The notes under the pieces were generated by a model. The model ran no database searches. It was not told the DNA's origin and saw nothing but the letters and a program-made list of their open reading frames with translations. A program made the position numbers and the translations under genes. Below, piece after piece: positions 44,613-60,678 of a stretch of 64,000 nt of DNA. Origin of the DNA: the human T2T-CHM13v2.0 reference genome, Homo sapiens; assembly GCF_009914755.1 (NCBI RefSeq), contig NC_060937.1. The stretch is one strand, 5' to 3'. Within the stretch, counting starts at the first letter, position 1. Each line of letters begins with the position of its first letter.

Positions 44613-46789
44613 TCAGGAACCCCTTCTAAGGCATGTTAGGGGTTGAGGGGGTGCTCTTGATGTCCAGACCCAGATGATGGACATCTCAAGGTTTGAAGAG
44701 ACTAGCTGTGAATCATGAAAAATAGGCCAGTGTGTCACTCTGGGCAGCAGAGCCACACATTGCCGCTGCTGCTTCACTAAACTGTGAGAGGATCTGTGGC
44801 TACCTTCAAAGGCCACTGGGCCAGATGGTCATAACTGACAGACGTTCCAGAACATTCTCCTTCCTCCCTGGCTCAAAACCCTGCTTATTCTAGTGCCTTT
44901 CCCTACCTCACAGTTGTTTTGGGCAGAGTGGAAAAGATACTGAATTAGATGCTGCAGCAGTTTAAAATCAAGCAGTGAGGTCTGTCCCTGCAATCGGCTC
45001 ACCACAAACACCACCACCATCAAAAAGGCTTTCCAAAGGGCCTGAGGGCGGGGCACTGGGTGTGAGGTGCAGGCTCCACTACCTGGTAGCTTAGGATCAA
45101 GAGGGATGACCCTGACACATCAACCCACACTATGTTCTTTCTCAGGAGTCTCTGGCTTTTAACTAGGGGCAAGAAACTAATTCAAATGAATGAGAGGGGT
45201 CCTTGGGGTGTCTTGGCCCTGGAGTTATTTCATGTCAACTGGCCCAATTGGCAGAGATGGGACAAGGAAAGATGCCTAACATATAAACAGGTGGTGACTA
45301 TGGTTGGTAGAAAAGGCATAGACTTTCGTGTCAGCTCTTGACACCTGAGCTTAAATGTTGGCTCTTGCAACATAGTAGAGGCACTTGGGGTAAGTTACTT
45401 GTTTGCTATTGCTCTTGCAGAGGAAGTAAGTTAGGCCTGTCCCCATCTGCACCAGGGAACTCAGTGTAGGGGCAGCGCATGGGGTAAGGGCTGGAGTCTG
45501 GGTAAGGGCTCAGGCAAAGAGGTGAAGGGAGAGAGCAGAAGCCTGTTTTTTCTCACAGGTGGGTGCCCTGGGAAGTCTCCCTTCAGGGTCTGTAGGAGTT
45601 TCAGGCAGATCTTGCAGGTGCCTCTGAGGGATCAGTAGGGGAGCTTGGGTCTGTGCCGGCCCAGCAGCCTGGGGCTTAGCAGCTAAGTTCTTAGGATACA
45701 CCATCAAGAAGGGGTCCCTGAGCAAGTGGCCAGATGTTTGGATCCTAGGGCAGGTGACCGCAGGGATTAAGAACAGGCGGATGCAGGTGAGTTCCTTAGG
45801 CCCATGTCAACTCTTGCCCTGCTCCAGGCCCCAAGGCCAGGTGAGGAGACTCTCTAGGGCCTGTTTCTTTATCCTTCTAGCGAGATGATGACTGTCGTAC
45901 CTCACTCACCTGGTGCCCACTGGGACCCACAGAGATGATGCCAGTCCTCATGAAAGGACTTAGAAAAGTCAAATCTGCCAAACAAACTTAGAGAGTTGTC
46001 TCACAATATTGGCCTCTCTGGTCATTTCCACTATCATGTACTTTTCCCCCCAGACACTGTCTGTCGTGCCTGTTCCAGGCTGGATCATCTCAGGGCCTTC
46101 TGGGGTTCCTGCCAGGTCTCACCTGCCGGGAAGCAGAGCCGGGTTCTAGCCACCTGGGCTGAACACTAGCCCTGTGTTATGTTGCAATGGAGAGGACACA
46201 GGGAGGAGCCATTGGATCCTGGATGCTGGGGAGTTGGACCACTCGAGGCCTGCTTCTGTAGTGCTTTAGCGAGGGGAGGGCCGGGCATGTGCCTGGAGGA
46301 CCTTCGGTAAGTGGGGAAGTGAGAGAGGGAGCCGCTCCAGGCCTGGGGTGGCTGATAGCCTTTCTGTTTATAAGGGACACATGACATGCTTGATCTGTAC
46401 CTGCTATCCTTCCCCAACCCTTGCCTGTCACACACGTGCATGTGTGAATGTAACACTTACTGCCTAAAGGAGTCTGTGGAAGGTTTGGGTTCTCAGCTTT
46501 CTCATGTAAAGAATATCCTGGGCCTCTCAGAACTTGGAGGCCCAGATCTGGCCCCTGGGGACCCAAGCCTGGTGTGGACACCAGGAAGGCCCCCCCAGGG
46601 CCTCTCTGATCCTCACAGCTCTCCATGGGCCCTGGGAACCCATTGGAAACCCCCTCAGCTGAGATATGAACAAAGGATTGGCTGGGTGTGTATGTTTGGA
46701 ATAAAGCTGACCAGGAATCCTGACTCTTGCTAAGTTTTCTACCTGGCGGTTCGTGGGGTGCAGAACGGAGGATGACACAGATCTGCGGC

Positions 46790-47020
46790 ACTTACTGAGA
46801 GTGTGCTGTATGCTGGCCACTGTTCCGCCTCCCGCTGGGTAAATATACATTTCATCCTCACCAAAACCCCGTGAGGCTGGAACTCTTCCTCTCCCCATTT
46901 TACAGATGAGGAAACTGAGGTACCAAGAGATTAAGTGGCTGCCCTGTAGCACACAGCTGCCTGGGTGGAGGAGCTGAGTTTCAAACCTAGGCAGTCTGGC
47001 TCCAAAGCCCCAGTTCTCAA
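46790..47020 (-). mobile_element. MIR
   Basis: ccccattttacagatgaggaaactgagg core. Confidence 0.75.
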
Positions 47021-47981
47021 TATCTTTAAGGTGGTCACGTCACTGTCAGGCCCCTTCACTGTGTCTGGGCACATTGCTTCACTTGCTTTGAGTGTCAGCG
47101 ATTGGGGTGAACGGGGGCCTTTGGAATGCCACTCCCTCATTTGTGCATCACCTGCAGTGGAGTTACCTGTCAGAGGCCTTGCAGTGCCCCTGGAGGTGTG
47201 CAGTGGGGAACAGAGCGGCCAGTGCAGGGCTGGAGGGGGGCTGCCTCGCCGGGTCAAGGGACAGCCCCATGTGGGAGCCCTGTGCCCTCAAGTTGTAACT
47301 TATGGGTCCCCTACTTGGCAAAACTGGGATTTCATTCCTGCTTCTTGCCATAACCAAACTGGTCCCGTGCTTTTTTTAGATCTAGTGGAGATAAATTATC
47401 CTTTGGGGAGAAAGTGTAGGGGACAAGACAAAAAGTCAAGGACAAAGCTTGTGACCCCTGCAGCTGGGCACGTAGCAGGCCCAGCATATTCCACAGAGGC
47501 TCTCTTATTCCACAGATATTTCATTGACCATCTAGTGTGTGCCAAGTCCCGTCACAAGATTTTAATGAGTATTCACTGAATGAGAATTCAGGCCTTGGAA
47601 ATATGCCTGAGCCTATTCTCTTCCGGGACAGACTACACCTTCCCTTGGGGGCATTCATTCATCTGCTCCCCTGAGAGCACTGCTTGCGAGCCCTTTGCAG
47701 TCTCTCCTGGTTGAGACCTTCTCTCCAAACTCAGACGACCTCTGCCCCTTTCATCTCTAGTGGTTCTGAGTACCCAGGACTCTGATCTTGGGACCTGCCT
47801 CTCCCCTGTGAGTGACTGAGTGGCAGAGGCGAGCAGGGTTGTAACTTCCAGGAACCCCCACTAAACTCCTTCTTCCTCCCCTACTCCATGCCACTCCCTG
47901 TCCTGTGTTCTCCAAGGGCTGCTGAAACATTGTCCCCAAGCAGGAGTTTCCACCTGATTTATCCCAAAAGAAAACTGTTAC

Positions 47982-48030
47982 CTTGCATCACGAAGAAGCA
48001 TGGTTTGTGATGAATAACTTGCCTTGGGTT
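47982..48030 (-). CDS. ERICH6B: ERICH6B coding exon 2
   Basis: ttccaatAG|AACCCAAG...GCAAG|GTAACA; 49 nt, phase 1 to 2; EPKASYSSQTMLLRDAR. Confidence 0.9.
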
Positions 48031-48647
48031 CTATTGGAAAAAAGAATAAAAAAGCAATATTGGCAAAAAAGCATCTTTCTTTCTATTTAAAAATACGTTG
48101 TTAAGTACGTGGAGAGGGCCCTAGTTATAGAAATTTTCTATTTTTACTTTTCTTTAGTATTGTCTCTTAATGGTTTCCTTTAAAAATTACTGGGTTGAAA
48201 TTTTATAAAATTAGTGAGAACTCAAGAAGATACTTTTCAGGCAATCATGGATTTTGGAAATTCGAGTTTGCTTTGCTTATCTCTATGGTTATCCCAGAAG
48301 CCTACTTCTGTATCGGGATGAAGGACATCGGTCCAGCAGAGGTGACTGAGGTGCAGGGGATATATGTATTTTAAGGATTATTTTTAATTTTAAAGGACCT
48401 GCTTGTGTCACGTAATCACCTGATTGTTTGCCTTGAATGATATGGCATAAAGAATTTCTTGTAGACTTGGGATAAATTATGCCACCAATTCTGATAATAC
48501 AAAATGGCAACAGGGGAAGCAGTAGAGAAACGAGAACCAGAACATTTGAATTGGAAAGGGAAATGTGAACACTTCCACTTATCCGTAGCTTACCCATGCA
48601 AGAAAATATTATTGAGGAACATCCCTTGGCTATTAAAATGATGTCTC

Positions 48648-48963
<316 letters not shown>

Positions 48964-50744
48964 CTAAAAATTAAGCAACATGGGCAAATGGTGAAGTTAT
49001 AATACTAAGTTACAAAAGTAAAGTACTAACTTGTATAGACAGCATGTTTAAAACAGTAAAAACCAAACCACACAACAAGGACCATCACTACCAAAAATGC
49101 AAACAATGGCGGCAGAGAGACAGAATACAAATCACTTATGTGTGAATTAGCTTTATTTATATTTGAATGTTCGTGGGTTGGGGGATGTCTTTCTACTTTT
49201 TACTGTTCAAATTTTTCATTTTTTAAAAAAAGGAACAAGAAGATATTCGTTTTTTGATGTCACTTTTCTAAAATTAAAATAGGTACACAACTTATTAAAA
49301 AGCAGAAACAAAGCATGAAAGGAGGAAGGAAGGGAGGAAAGGAGGAGAAGCGACTAGAAGAGGAGAGAAAGTTTGGGAGCCTGTCCTGGCCCTTCTAATG
49401 ATTTTCTGTGACTTTGGAGTAGTCACATGCCCTCTTTCTAGCTCCAAGTTGCTCATCTGTGAAATGGGCAGGAAGAGATAATGGTTGGGACAATTAAAGG
49501 AGATACAGATTGTGAAATAGACAATATGTATCCTATGCCATCAGACTATGTTCCCTAACTTTCGCTGGGACAAGACACGTGCAGAAAATGATTCTGTTCT
49601 TTTGGGAGCACATTGGAGGCAGAAGAAACCAGCTCTGGGGCTCAGCGTTCCCCCACCCACCAGTGGCTGACTCAAGGTCACAGAGGTGAACTTCCTTTCA
49701 TGAAAAGTTGGCTGGCTTTCTCATCTCTGCCTTGTTAGTATCTCTTGCACCTTTCTTCTGAAATTTCCAGAATTGCTAGGTTCCCTGTTGGAAATGGTAG
49801 TTGGGACACCAACTCTCAACTGGAAATGGCAACTGAATTACAGCATTTAGGCCAGACGGCATTTGGAGCTGCCGAGGAGGATCTAGCAGGGTAAAGAAAA
49901 TAAAATTCGATGCACTATGTATATCAAAAGATTAGGCAAAAACATGATGAATCAAAATCAATGTATTGTGACATCTCTATAGCATTATTTGCCACAGGGC
50001 AGAATTTATCATTAGGAATGTCTTGGGTACTAAAAAAACTAAAAGGGGGTCTCATTATGGGGTGGCTTCACTCTACAGCATGTTCTGTGGCAGCAGGAGA
50101 GCAATGTAGCCTGGAGGCTCCTCTACTGCCTTTCTTCTTGTAAGATTAGAAGAGTATTTTATACCTTACAATTGTGTGGTACAGGGGAGTTTCAAAGCAG
50201 TTTCAGGTATGTTACTTCATTTACTTATTACAACCCACTGTGAGAAAGGTGTTTTTGCACATGGGGAAACTGAAACCTAGAGATGGTAAGTGACATGCCC
50301 AAGGTCTAGACTCCACCGTGTGCTGGGTTTTCTGACTTGGACACCACAGCACTCACACCCATGTTGTGCATCCAAAATCTGAACTCCCCCAGCAGGCCAG
50401 TCAGATGCGACCAACCAATTATTCACTGGCAATTGATGCTGCATTTATATTCAAGTTGCTCACCCAATTTTACTGGATTTCCCCATAAACTTTGGGGGGA
50501 ATCAACCCTTTAAGGAAGAGAGGTGGGTGGGGGTTGTTAGTCTGATGTAACCTGATTTGTCCAGGGCTATGGGAATCTCTGAAGTTGACCGCTATAGGGT
50601 AGATGAGTGGAGGGTGCAGATCCCTCCCACAGCCTGGTTCATTGTGTCTCATCTTTTGGTTATGTCCATTTCACAAAGCAGGTAATGTGGCTAGGGGTGT
50701 GTGGCCAGGCACAAGTCAATGGCAAGGGAATAATAATACATCAT

Positions 50745-50992
50745 GTAATATAATAATACTTATAATGGCTAACACTTGCTTAGGCCTAAAATGCTATGTG
50801 TCTGGCATATTTCTTAATGATTTACCCAATTAAATCCCTTTAATCCTCCCACACATCCTATGAGGTAGGTCTAATGCTGTTCCTATTTACAATGAAGACA
50901 ACCAAGACATGGAGAGGTTAAGTCACTTGCCCAAGCTCATGCAACTAGTGAAAGGGAGAGAGCTGGCATTCAAACCTAGGCAGTCAAGCTCC
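50745..50992 (-). mobile_element. MIR
   Basis: gagaggttaagtcacttgcccaagctc...attcaaacctaggcagtc. Confidence 0.7.
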
Positions 50993-52988
50993 TGAGAGAA
51001 AGGAAAATGTGCTCTTCATGACAGACTCCTACCTGCTATTAAGTAGATAAATAAATGACACTCAGGCACCCCCTTCACTCTCTGCTCCTGTGGCAGACAT
51101 CACTAGTTGCTCACAGCACTCTTTGCTGCTGAGCCCAGACAATCCCTCAAAATTCTTCTCAACATAGTTTTCCACTACTAACCTCAAGTAGTTAATGCAT
51201 CAGCATGAGAGATAAGCCCATTTGTCATATCTAGGGCTCATTTTATAGATGCCAATTAATGGATAAGGTTAAAAAAATTTGTGTGCACCCATGTATATGT
51301 GAGTGTGACTGGCTCTAGTTAGTGAATATGATCACTTGATTCAATTTACATGTACTGAGCATCTGCTATAGGTGAGGAAGGCACTCTTGTTAGTCACTGA
51401 GGTTCAACACGAGGGTAAACAAAGTTATATCTTAAGGGTATTAGGAGACTATTCTACATAAAAACATTGATATATTTTTTTGAAAAGTTAAGAAATTTCT
51501 TATACATTTTTTCTTAACCTGTTTTGTACAATCTATCTTGAAACCCTAGAATTTCATAGACCAAGACATTCTTTCATGAGCCTTGAAAGGCATTTCAGCA
51601 TCTCCCCAGTGTTTTTTCAGTGCCTCTCCAATTTTTGTTAGCAGGACATTTATTTTCAAAGTGTTTGCTTTATACACAGTTCCATTCGCTTGACAGCATT
51701 GTATTTGTCCTACTCTAGTGGGTAATATATTTTCAAAGATCCAGCACATAGAGGGGACATGTTAAGAATGCTTGATTCATACCGTGCAAGAGAAAAAGCC
51801 CTGAATGCTATTTTTCAGTATTAGAATTACATTTGATACTTGAACAGCAGGGATATTAGGATTCCAAGAGAGAGCTTAATGGTAGGCATACAGAAAAGAG
51901 AGTTTCCCAGCAGTAGTGGAATTACCTCTCCAATGCAACAACTAAATTTCCAGGAAGGGAGTAGGAATCAAGGATGGTACATCTGATTTGATGGAGAGGG
52001 ACATAAAGGTAAAATGTCTGTGTGGCTGCTGAGAATGCCCAGCTTTTAGGATGTAGGTTGTGTGTAATCAGATTTTTAGGAATGCAAAAATTCAGGCTGC
52101 CTAGGATGCTTGTAGTTGGTAGCAGAACCGGATCCAGAAAAATAGTTTAGTTCTACTTATAGGCCAGCATGAAGATGATGTAGGTGACCTGAACCTTTAC
52201 ATTTCTGTACCTAGTTGAATATGGCCATGCAGTCACGACATCAAGAGAAGACACTGCAGGGGCATATGAGCAAAAGCACATTAGTCACTGCTAGCAAACA
52301 GCACAAGGAGGCTGCTGCCAAATAATAAAACCCAACATGAGGAAATACTGCCAGTTGCTGAAACAGTGTTGGAAAAATTTAGCCCTTGGATGAGAAAAAT
52401 CACTCCAAAGTCAAATACTTACCCACAGACTAAAATGATTCCTTTAAGGGGGCCGAATGGGTATCCTGAGAAGCATACCAGTGTCTGTTGACCTAGCAAC
52501 AGAGTGTAGGAATGTATTCCAGGAAATAGAGATCTCTGATAAAGCAGTTCACCAAAATGCCATTTTTAAAAAGTAACAAAAAATTGGAAGCAATAAATGG
52601 TCAGTAATAGGAGATTGATTAAAAATATTATAGCTTATCAACACAACACAATGTGATGCAGTCATTAAAATGATTTGTAGAAAGCTTAATAGCATATTGA
52701 ATGTATATAATATTAAATGATATTCATATAAGTATACAGTGTTTATATAAATATATAAATAAGTGTATCTTTAAAAGCAGGTTACAAACACAATATAAAG
52801 CATGATCCTTTTATAAAAGAGGTGTGTGTGTATGTGTATATATATGTGTATATAAATATATGTGTGTGTGTATATATATAAAATAAGTCTGGGGAAGATA
52901 TAATCAAAAGTGTGGAAAGTGATTATCAAATCTGATAGTCAAGTGGTGGTGATTTTTGCTGTCTTCTTTTTGCTTATATATAGTTTCT

Positions 52989-53277
52989 TTCTTTCTTTCC
53001 TTCTTCTCTCTCTTTTTTTTTTTTTTTTTAGAGATAAGCATTCTGTTACCCAGGCTGCTCAAAATCCTGGGCTCAAGTGATCCTCCTATCTCAGCCTCTT
53101 GAGTAGCTGGGACCACAGGTGTGTGCCACCACACCCGACTAAATTTTACAATTTTTTTGTAGAGATGAGGTGTGGCTATGTTGCCCAGGCTGGTCTCAAA
53201 CTTCTGGCTTCACACAATCCTCTTGCCTTGGCCTCCCAAACTGCTGGGATTGCAGGTGTGAGCCACTGCTCCTGGCC
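52989..53277 (-). mobile_element. AluJ
   Basis: Alu dimer; TSD tgcttatatatagtttct (52971-52988, 53278-53295). Confidence 0.9.
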
Positions 53278-53531
53278 TGCTTATATATAGTTTCTAAAAC
53301 ATTTGCAATGAACATGTATTACTCGTGTAATATGAAAAAGGAAAGATACAAATAACAATTATTATTATAAGCAGGTGCTTTATGTTTATGAAGTCTTCCT
53401 GCCTGCTTTGTGGGTGCAGTGCTTTGGGGCAAGGCTATTGTATTATAGTTGTGAGCAGAACTTGGTCAGTAAATGAGTCTTCCTCCCTGTCAGCACCATG
53501 GATAGAGTTGACAATTTGCGCTCTGGCTCTA

Positions 53532-54365
<834 letters not shown>

Positions 54366-56019
54366 TCACTTTATTATCCTGTATCCAAGAAAGGAATAAA
54401 ATCCTATTAGCCAGTAATAGCAAATGCATATTGATTTAATTCCATTTTTGTTCACTTATTTCATTCAGTAGTCTTTGGAGGGCTCTTTAAGTATGCAGAT
54501 CAGTACATAGAGGCCAGTGAAAAAGGCACAAGAAGAGGGAATGGAAGCTTACCCTCAGAGAGCTGGGTGGGGAGACCACACCTAAAGACCAGGCCTTTGA
54601 AATTATTGCACAATATGAAGTCAATGGGGAGGGCTGGAAAGCAATCATTGTTTAGTGGTGCTACTGCTAGAGAAGATTTTTATTTTTCCTTAAGTATTTA
54701 TTACCACAATAAATAAGACAGAGACTGTCTTCCAGGAGCTTGAAATCTGGGGAGAAAGGAGTCACAAAAAACAGATTACTAAACACAAGTGACCAACACA
54801 ATGGAAGGGGCTCCCACAGCATAGGACGGACACAGTGGCTGGGGCTTCTGGTCAGTTAAGGCCCCTGTGGTCAGAAGTCTGTGGGTCATGTCCTCATGGC
54901 TACCACATGCACTGTCAGCCCTGCCCGCAGCACCATCTGCCCTCAGCTCACCAGGCAAATGCTACATATGTTTTAACACTGAGCATCTTGACTCCTCCAG
55001 GAAGGCTTCCAGGCTCCCTCTTCTGCTCCATCCATGTCCTCTATATTTTTTTTATTAAAGTAACTATTTTGCTATATTAAATTGTTTGCACGTTTGTTCT
55101 TCCAACAGTATAAGCTCCTTAAAGATGGGTGGGGTCAGTGTTATTCTTTTTTGAAAATAGATTTTGAATTCTTCCACTCCTCCTCCTCTCCACTGTGGCC
55201 CACTGTGATTCCCCATGGTGAACATGCCATCTCTAGACTGAATTACTGGGTTTCCTGAGACCCCTGCCACTGCTCTGCTAGTCATTTGCTGCAAAGAGTG
55301 TTCTTATAAAAATATAAATCAAATCAGGATTTCCTTTGCTTAAAATCTCCCAGTGGCTTTCTGTTGTGCTTAGAATATGATGTCACCTCCGTTCCATGCC
55401 TGCCTGTCTTTCTGGCCTTATCTATCCCCATCCTTCCTTCCCTGCCCCCACCCTGTTACTCTCTCCTACAACACTTATCATTGTGTCTACTTATGTGTCC
55501 ATTTCTGTGTGTTCTTGTTCAATTTTTTTCTTCCATTAGGTGTAAATGTCTCAATGATAGTGACCTTCTATAATCTGTTCCCCACCGTATCTCTGATGGT
55601 TAGCTCGGAGCCTGGTGCATAATAGATGTTCAATAAACATATGGCCAGTGACTGAATGAAGGGCCAAGAAGATGTGGCTCTACAGCAGTGCACCCTGAAG
55701 GTTTAAAAATGACATTTATTCTGCAGGACAGGACAGACTGAAGAGGCAACCGGACCAGAATCCTTCTGCTTGCTTTGGGGACTTAAGAGATACATATCTT
55801 GGCCTGCCTCTTTCTGGCTGTCTGAGTGGGAAACTCTGTTCTGGGGAACCAGCCAGATGAGACCACCAGGATGAATTTTAGCAAATGCAGCATGAGTCCA
55901 AGATGAGAGGTGTGATGGACAAGGCCATTCATCATGGGCAAATGGCACATTTACCCACCCACATCACTGTTGGAGCCCTTGGATTGCTGGATTCCAATAG
56001 GGTTAGCTTGGGGCAGTGA

Positions 56020-56445
56020 ACACAGAAGTACACTGCCCAGATCCCCTTTTCAAAGAAGGACTTGCCGCCCAGCGGTGAGGAGTGTGGTCAACAGGTGGCC
56101 CCCAGCTGCCAGCTCCTTCAGGATGTGTCTCAGCTGCAGAGTCCCTTTCTGATAGTGATGTCATTCTTGGGACAGCCGGTATCTGAGGACCAGGCAAGGT
56201 GGAGATAGAAAAGCACAGTCAACTCCAGGCAGCGCACCTCTGAGAGGCTACATTCACCCCAGAGCTCTCTAGCAGGCTGACCAAGGCTCACCAAGCCTAC
56301 TCCACAAGTGCCATCTCCATCTGGCCCAAGCCTGCTTCCTCTCCCTTTTTCCTCCAGGGGCTGACCCCAAGAAACGTTTTGTATCTCAACAGTTGCATCT
56401 CAGCAGTTTGCATTTTAGAGTCTATTTCCAGAGAACCTACCTTGT
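56020..56445 (+). mobile_element. Old ERVL-type LTR (LTR16-like)
   Basis: cccagatccccttttcaaagaaggacttgccgcccagc...catctcagc...ccagagaacc. Confidence 0.45.
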
Positions 56446-56687
56446 GATAGCTTCACCAAATGTAAATCTGGGAAATAATTGACTGAAAGAGTTGGTGGAG
56501 AGAAAAACAAGGCCTCACTGGTAGCCTGATCACTTAAGAGGTCAGTGGCTGAGGGTAGGGAGTAACCGGATCTGCCTGGGGCAGGGAAAGTTGGCCGTGT
56601 GGAGAGATGACAAAGATGGTAGCAGTAAAGGGGGAGCCTGTGCGTGGAGAGTTTTAAAACCCATCATGAAGCATTTTGTGTTGGGTG

Positions 56688-57124
56688 GCATCAAAAGAGA
56701 AAACTGCAACAAATTTAGTTATTAATTGAATTGGTTTTTATTCATGATTCATGAATAGAACCATTCTACAAACAGAATGAGAGCTCCCATCAGGCAGTAG
56801 CAAAACAGCGGGCTCTGTGAGATGGGAACACAGAAACAGAGCAAACAAAAAAAAGTGTATTGGCTAACCTTAGGTTACTTCAGGTTACTTTTTTTGGTAA
56901 GGGTTAAAGCAGAGAGAGGACTTACTTATTATTCTCACTCAGGTAGACTGGAATCTCCTGTTTTCAGGAAAAAGTGTGCTGTTTTGGGATCTGTTTCCTT
57001 ACAGTTTCAGTTTGATTATATGGCACTTAGCATGAGTGACTCCATTCTGATTTGGTCTTGTCTACTGGGACCTAGTGCAGGAGCCAAGTCCAAAATGATG
57101 GCTTTCCATAAGTTTTGCTTCACA
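56688..57124 (-). mobile_element. ERV1 (MER4-group-like) LTR
   Basis: aaaagagaaaactgcaacaaatttag...gcatgagtgactccattctg...ttcaca. Confidence 0.5.
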
Positions 57125-57576
57125 GTGGTGACGGTGAAAGTGTTAGGATTAAAGCAACTCTGGAGCAAGAGGATTCCCGTGGCCATTTGCCAGACAGTTA
57201 AGAAGCAGCGGAGAATGGAAGCTGTGCCTGCAGTTGGCTTGCCCTTTTATCCTTCATTTTATGGTTCTGTGGTATATGAATGTCTTTTCATGTAGGCTGC
57301 CTCCAGTGCTTTTTGGAGGAGGAGAGGTATAAATAATACATGAGTTGATGGTGGAGGACACTGTCTTTGGGGCAAAGGGTGAGCTACGGAAAGCTTTGGG
57401 ACCCAACCACAGCTATGTCTGCAGACGCCTCTTCCATTGTAAAGGAGGCCCCTTCAGCTTTATTTATCTAAAACCTCAACATACCACCTATTATTGCCGT
57501 CTACTTCTAACTCCCACTGGCTGCTGCTGCCTCACCCTAAGACAGAGCTGGGATGGCTAGAGCAATTGAAGAGTGG

Positions 57577-58766
57577 TGACAAGAATTCTTTGCTTGACCA
57601 AACTCCAGTCAGGCTCCTGAACCTTCTCCCAGATTCATCTGTGCACTTCCTTGTAAAATCCAGTTTCATTTTATTTTTTTTTTATTTTGTAAAAATTTAT
57701 GGGGTACCAGTGTAATTTTGTTACATTCATAGATTGTGTAGTAAAGTCACGGTTTTTAGGGTCTCCAGCACCCAAATAGCATACATTGTACTCATTAAGT
57801 AATTTCTTGTAATAATAATTTCTCACCATCCACTCCTCTTCTGCTCCCTTACTCTTTTGAGTCTCCATCGTCTATTATTCCACACTGTATGCCTACTCAG
57901 AAGTGAGAGTACGTGGTATTTGTCTTTCTGTGACTGACCTATTTCAGTTCAGACAATGGTCTCCAGTTCCATTCATGTTGTTGCGGAAGACACGATTTCA
58001 TTCTTTTATGACTGCACAGTATTCTATTTTGTATATATGCCACATTTTCTTTGATCATCCGTTGGTGGACACTTAGGTTGATTCCATATCTTTGCTATTG
58101 TGAATACTGCTATGATAAACATACAGTTGCAGGTATCTTTTTGATGTAATGATTTCTTTTCCTCTGGGTTGATACCCAGGAGTGGAATTGCTGGATTAAA
58201 TGGTAGTTCTATAAGTCCAGTTTTAGCAAGAAGCCTGCTAAGTCAATTTAGCAAAAATCCTGCCCCATCCTCCATATATGACCATCCTTGTTACCTGATC
58301 AGATTTCTCATCCTCCCCATGCCCCAGGCCTGCCTTCATCAAGAATTCTGTCAGGCTGGTTTAGCCTGAATCTCCCTTACCCCTGATGTTTCTTGTTAAT
58401 TTCCCATCTACCCTGACGATGCCTTGATGTTTCCTCTGAGTTAATTTCCTATCCGTTGATTCCCCACTCTGTCCTTGGCTGTAAATTTCCATTTGCCCAT
58501 GCTGTATTCAGAATTGAGTCCAGTTCTATACTGGGATCTCTTTTCTCCTGTTGCAATAGTTCATGAGTAAAATATATTTTTACTGTGGGGCATGGTGGTG
58601 CGCACTGATAGTACCAGCTACTTGGGAGGCTGAAGCGGGAAGGATCACTTGAACTTAGGAGTTCAAGACGAGCCTTGGGAACACAGTGGCAGCCTATTTT
58701 TAAGCAATTTTAAAATGTATATATTTTACTGCTTTGATTGCTGTCCAGCTTTGCTTTTCTTTGACA
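57577..58766 (+). mobile_element. MER31-like LTR interrupted by an L1 3' fragment (about 57668-58212, minus) and an Alu fragment (about 58588-58700)
   Basis: Same LTR motifs as 35326-35811 resume after the L1 (aaatccagttt / aagtccagttttagcaagaa). Confidence 0.7.
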
Positions 58767-60174
58767 GCCAGTCTGTCCAGCCCTCCCCTGGGAGAGGTGA
58801 GGAGCACACACAGGCACTGGCCACTCCATCAAAGGCTTACACTTCAGGGCTCCCTACCTCTCATATTTTTGTAGCTGCTTAAGAGATCAAAATCAGCCGG
58901 TCCCCTGGATAGCCCAGAGGAGCATTTGTCAATGGCATGCCATCATTCCGGGTGACGGGTCTTTTCTTCCTATTTTCTCATCAGGCCTTGTAAAAAGGGT
59001 CCAGTCAGCTGCATTCTCATTTCAAAGATCAGAAAAAGAAACTGCATTCCAGACACTCTCCCTTTAATTCTCTTAGAAATTTGTAAGACAAGCCTACAGG
59101 TGGAATAAATAGTAATGGCAACTTGATACCCAGTGTCTGGGGCAAACATCCTGGCTCCAACTTGTGATTCAGACCATGACCCATTTGAGAACAACAGGAC
59201 CTATCTCCTGGAAGGATGCAATGAGGCAGTGTGTACAGGCATAAGGAGTGTCAGGCACTGTTATTATTGCACACTTATTCCTAACCAGCTCTGAAGGTGC
59301 GTGTGTGTAAACGTCTATGTGTGTGAATGTGTGTTGTGGGTCCTTCTGAGGCCTTAATCAGTTCATGCCATGGGGAGAGAAAAAAGAGATTTGCTTTCCA
59401 ACTACCCTGCTCCAAGGACTGTCTGCAGCCCAGCTGAGAAGTTTAGAGATTGGGGTCCGTCTGTCCTTCATTCTGGGTCCTAGTGGCTGGGTCCCAGGAG
59501 AAATGATGGTTCTGGGGCAGTGCTGGAGTTGAGCTCCCTTTTCCTCAGGAGGCTGGTACCTCTGCCTGGGAAAGCGGCCTGACTTGAGGGATTTTCTTGG
59601 TGATGCTTTGTTTGCCCAGAGAGAACTGCCCTCACAATGTGTCAGCACATTTTCTGACTCTCAGCCATGCTTTCAGGAAGTTGTTATCTATAAATGTAAG
59701 ATAGCCTGTGCTTTATAAAGCTCATCATTCAATTTCCAGACAGCTGCAGTCCAGAAGTCCTCGGATTGAATCAGTCTTCTTGGTTTGACTTCCACTCATC
59801 ACTGGCCTTTTTCAGTCCTGGGGGAGCCAGGATGAAGAGTTCTACATGACAGCCTTTTAAGGGTTTGAAGGTAGCAATTAGACTTTCCTCCAGGACTCCA
59901 GGCTCAACTCCAACAGCCTTCTTGGCATCTCTGCTGGGATGTCTAACAGACGTCTCAAACTCACTGTGCCTAAACTGGGATCCTAGTCTTCCTCCCCAGA
60001 CCTCTCAGCCCTTGGACTAAGACTCTTCTCTTTCATTCTCACCCAACCTCATATCCACCAGGAGAGCAGTCTGGCTCCTTCTTCAAAGGATCTCATCTCT
60101 TCTCATCCCTCCATTTTCCCACCCTGCTCTGAGCCACACACACATCTTGCCTGCATTATTGCAATTACCTTCTA

Positions 60175-60678
60175 TACCATTCAGGGTTCTCCAGAGAAAC
60201 AGAACCAGTGGGATATATATAGAAATGTAAGTGGATATTTATTATGGGAATTGGCTCACACAATTTTGGAGGCCGAGAAGCCCCACCATCTGCCATCTGC
60301 AAGCTGGAGAATCAGGAAAGCTGGTGGTGTAATTCAGTCCAAGGCTGGAGGCTTAAGACATGGAGGAGGGGGGCCCCTAGTGTAAGTCCTGGAGTCTGAA
60401 GGCCTGTGAACCAGGACTTCCAAGGTCCTAGGGCAGGAGAAGATGGATGTCCCAGACCAAGAAGAATGAGAAAAAAATTGTCCCTTCCTCCATGTTTTTC
60501 TTGTAGCTGGGCCCTCAGTGGCTTGGACAATGCCCACCCACATTGGTGAAGATGATCTTCTTTACCTACTCCACCAGTTCCAGTGCTAATCTCTTCCAGA
60601 AACACCCTCACAGCCACACCCAGAAATAATGAGCCTCCCTTAGTTCAGTCAAATTAACACATAAAATTAACAATCACA
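60175..60678 (-). mobile_element. MLT2-type LTR inserted in L2 (about 59900-61280)
   Basis: tcagggttctccagagaaacagaacc...cacataaaattaacaatcaca. Confidence 0.75.

Noticed and set aside
46177-47579. Two 204-aa ORFs on opposite strands
   Set aside because: No recognisable domain or splice-phase fit with ERICH6B; partly overlap a MIR; expected by chance in GC-richer intron
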